This document shows, in pieces, positions 63,871-64,000 of a stretch of 64,000 nt of DNA. Position numbers and translations under genes: made by a program. This stretch comes from Thermodesulfobacteriota bacterium (lineage in GTDB: Bacteria; Desulfobacterota; Desulfarculia; Adiutricales; JAGVGV01), in NCBI GenBank assembly GCA_040755515.1, contig JBFMAW010000032.1:3148-67147 (forward strand), in the 5' to 3' direction. Each line of letters opens with the position of its first letter. The stretch's first letter is position 1. Below the pieces are notes generated by a model that had not been told where the DNA came from, searched no databases, and saw only the letters and a list, made by a program, of their open reading frames with translations.

Positions 63871-64000
63871 CTACAACCCTTCCGACTTGGCCTCGGCCCA
63901 CAGCCGGTCCATCTCCTCGAGACCGGCCTCGGCCGGCCGCCGGCCCTCGGCGGCCAGCTTGGCCTCGATATATTTGAACCTCCGGGTGAAGCGGTTGTTG
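63871..64000 (-). CDS. mazG: MazG-family NTP pyrophosphohydrolase, C-terminal fragment (continues beyond the right edge)
   Basis: Manual minus-strand translation gives NNRFTRRFKYIEAKLAAEGRRPAEAGLEEMDRLWAEAKSEGL-stop. This is a typical MazG C-terminus (F.RRF.YIE......sLeEMD.LW.EAK). Confidence 0.7.
   Translation of the reverse strand, partial: NNRFTRRFKYIEAKLAAEGRRPAEAGLEEMDRLWAEAKSEGL

Overview
High-GC bacterial chromosome segment, most likely from a sulfate/sulfite-reducing Desulfobacterota (deltaproteobacterial) lineage. I did not compute GC; all composition statements are by eye. Layout: (1) 1-8227, minus strand: a type I-E cas operon, cas3-cse1-cse2-cas7-cas5-cas6e-cas1 (cas1 runs off the left edge). 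The CRISPR array is not in the window, but one decayed I-E-like repeat lies upstream of cas3. (2) 8731-14696, plus strand, divergent from cas3: a tightly coupled gene pair. Gene 1 is a SIR2-like/TIR fusion. Gene 2 is a ~1520-aa STAND P-loop NTPase with one transmembrane helix, a WD40 propeller and about 16 ankyrin repeats. This is my best candidate for an undescribed immune system. (3) 14704-21265, minus strand: a compact type II secretion / type IV filament-like operon with a pilin, three tandem GspF-like platform genes, a GspE ATPase and three minor pseudopilins. No secretin or prepilin peptidase is present. (4) 21.4-28.5 kb: pyrR, then a 1004-codon HdrA with an in-frame TGA at a conserved Cys position (probable selenocysteine), mvhD and Flx-like Fe-S/FAD subunits. 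(5) 28.5-35.8 kb: miscellaneous genes (MBL hydrolase, GT-C-like membrane protein, yjbQ, TPR proteins). (6) 35.9-46.4 kb: a dissimilatory sulfite reductase locus (dsrD, dsrAB, a second small wHTH gene, dsrN, a HEAT protein, dsrMK, two small c-type cytochromes, ferredoxin). (7) ~46.5-59 kb: a visibly AT-richer block with a GntR regulator, a Dpp/Opp-type ABC importer, a PrpD-like enzyme, a non-Pyl MttB-family methyltransferase, a CysK-like enzyme, a corrinoid protein, serC and cytochrome c3. (8) 59.5-64 kb: an ornithine cyclodeaminase-family gene, a glycyl radical enzyme with its activase, and the mazG 3' end. No rRNA, tRNA, transposase or integrase was recognised.
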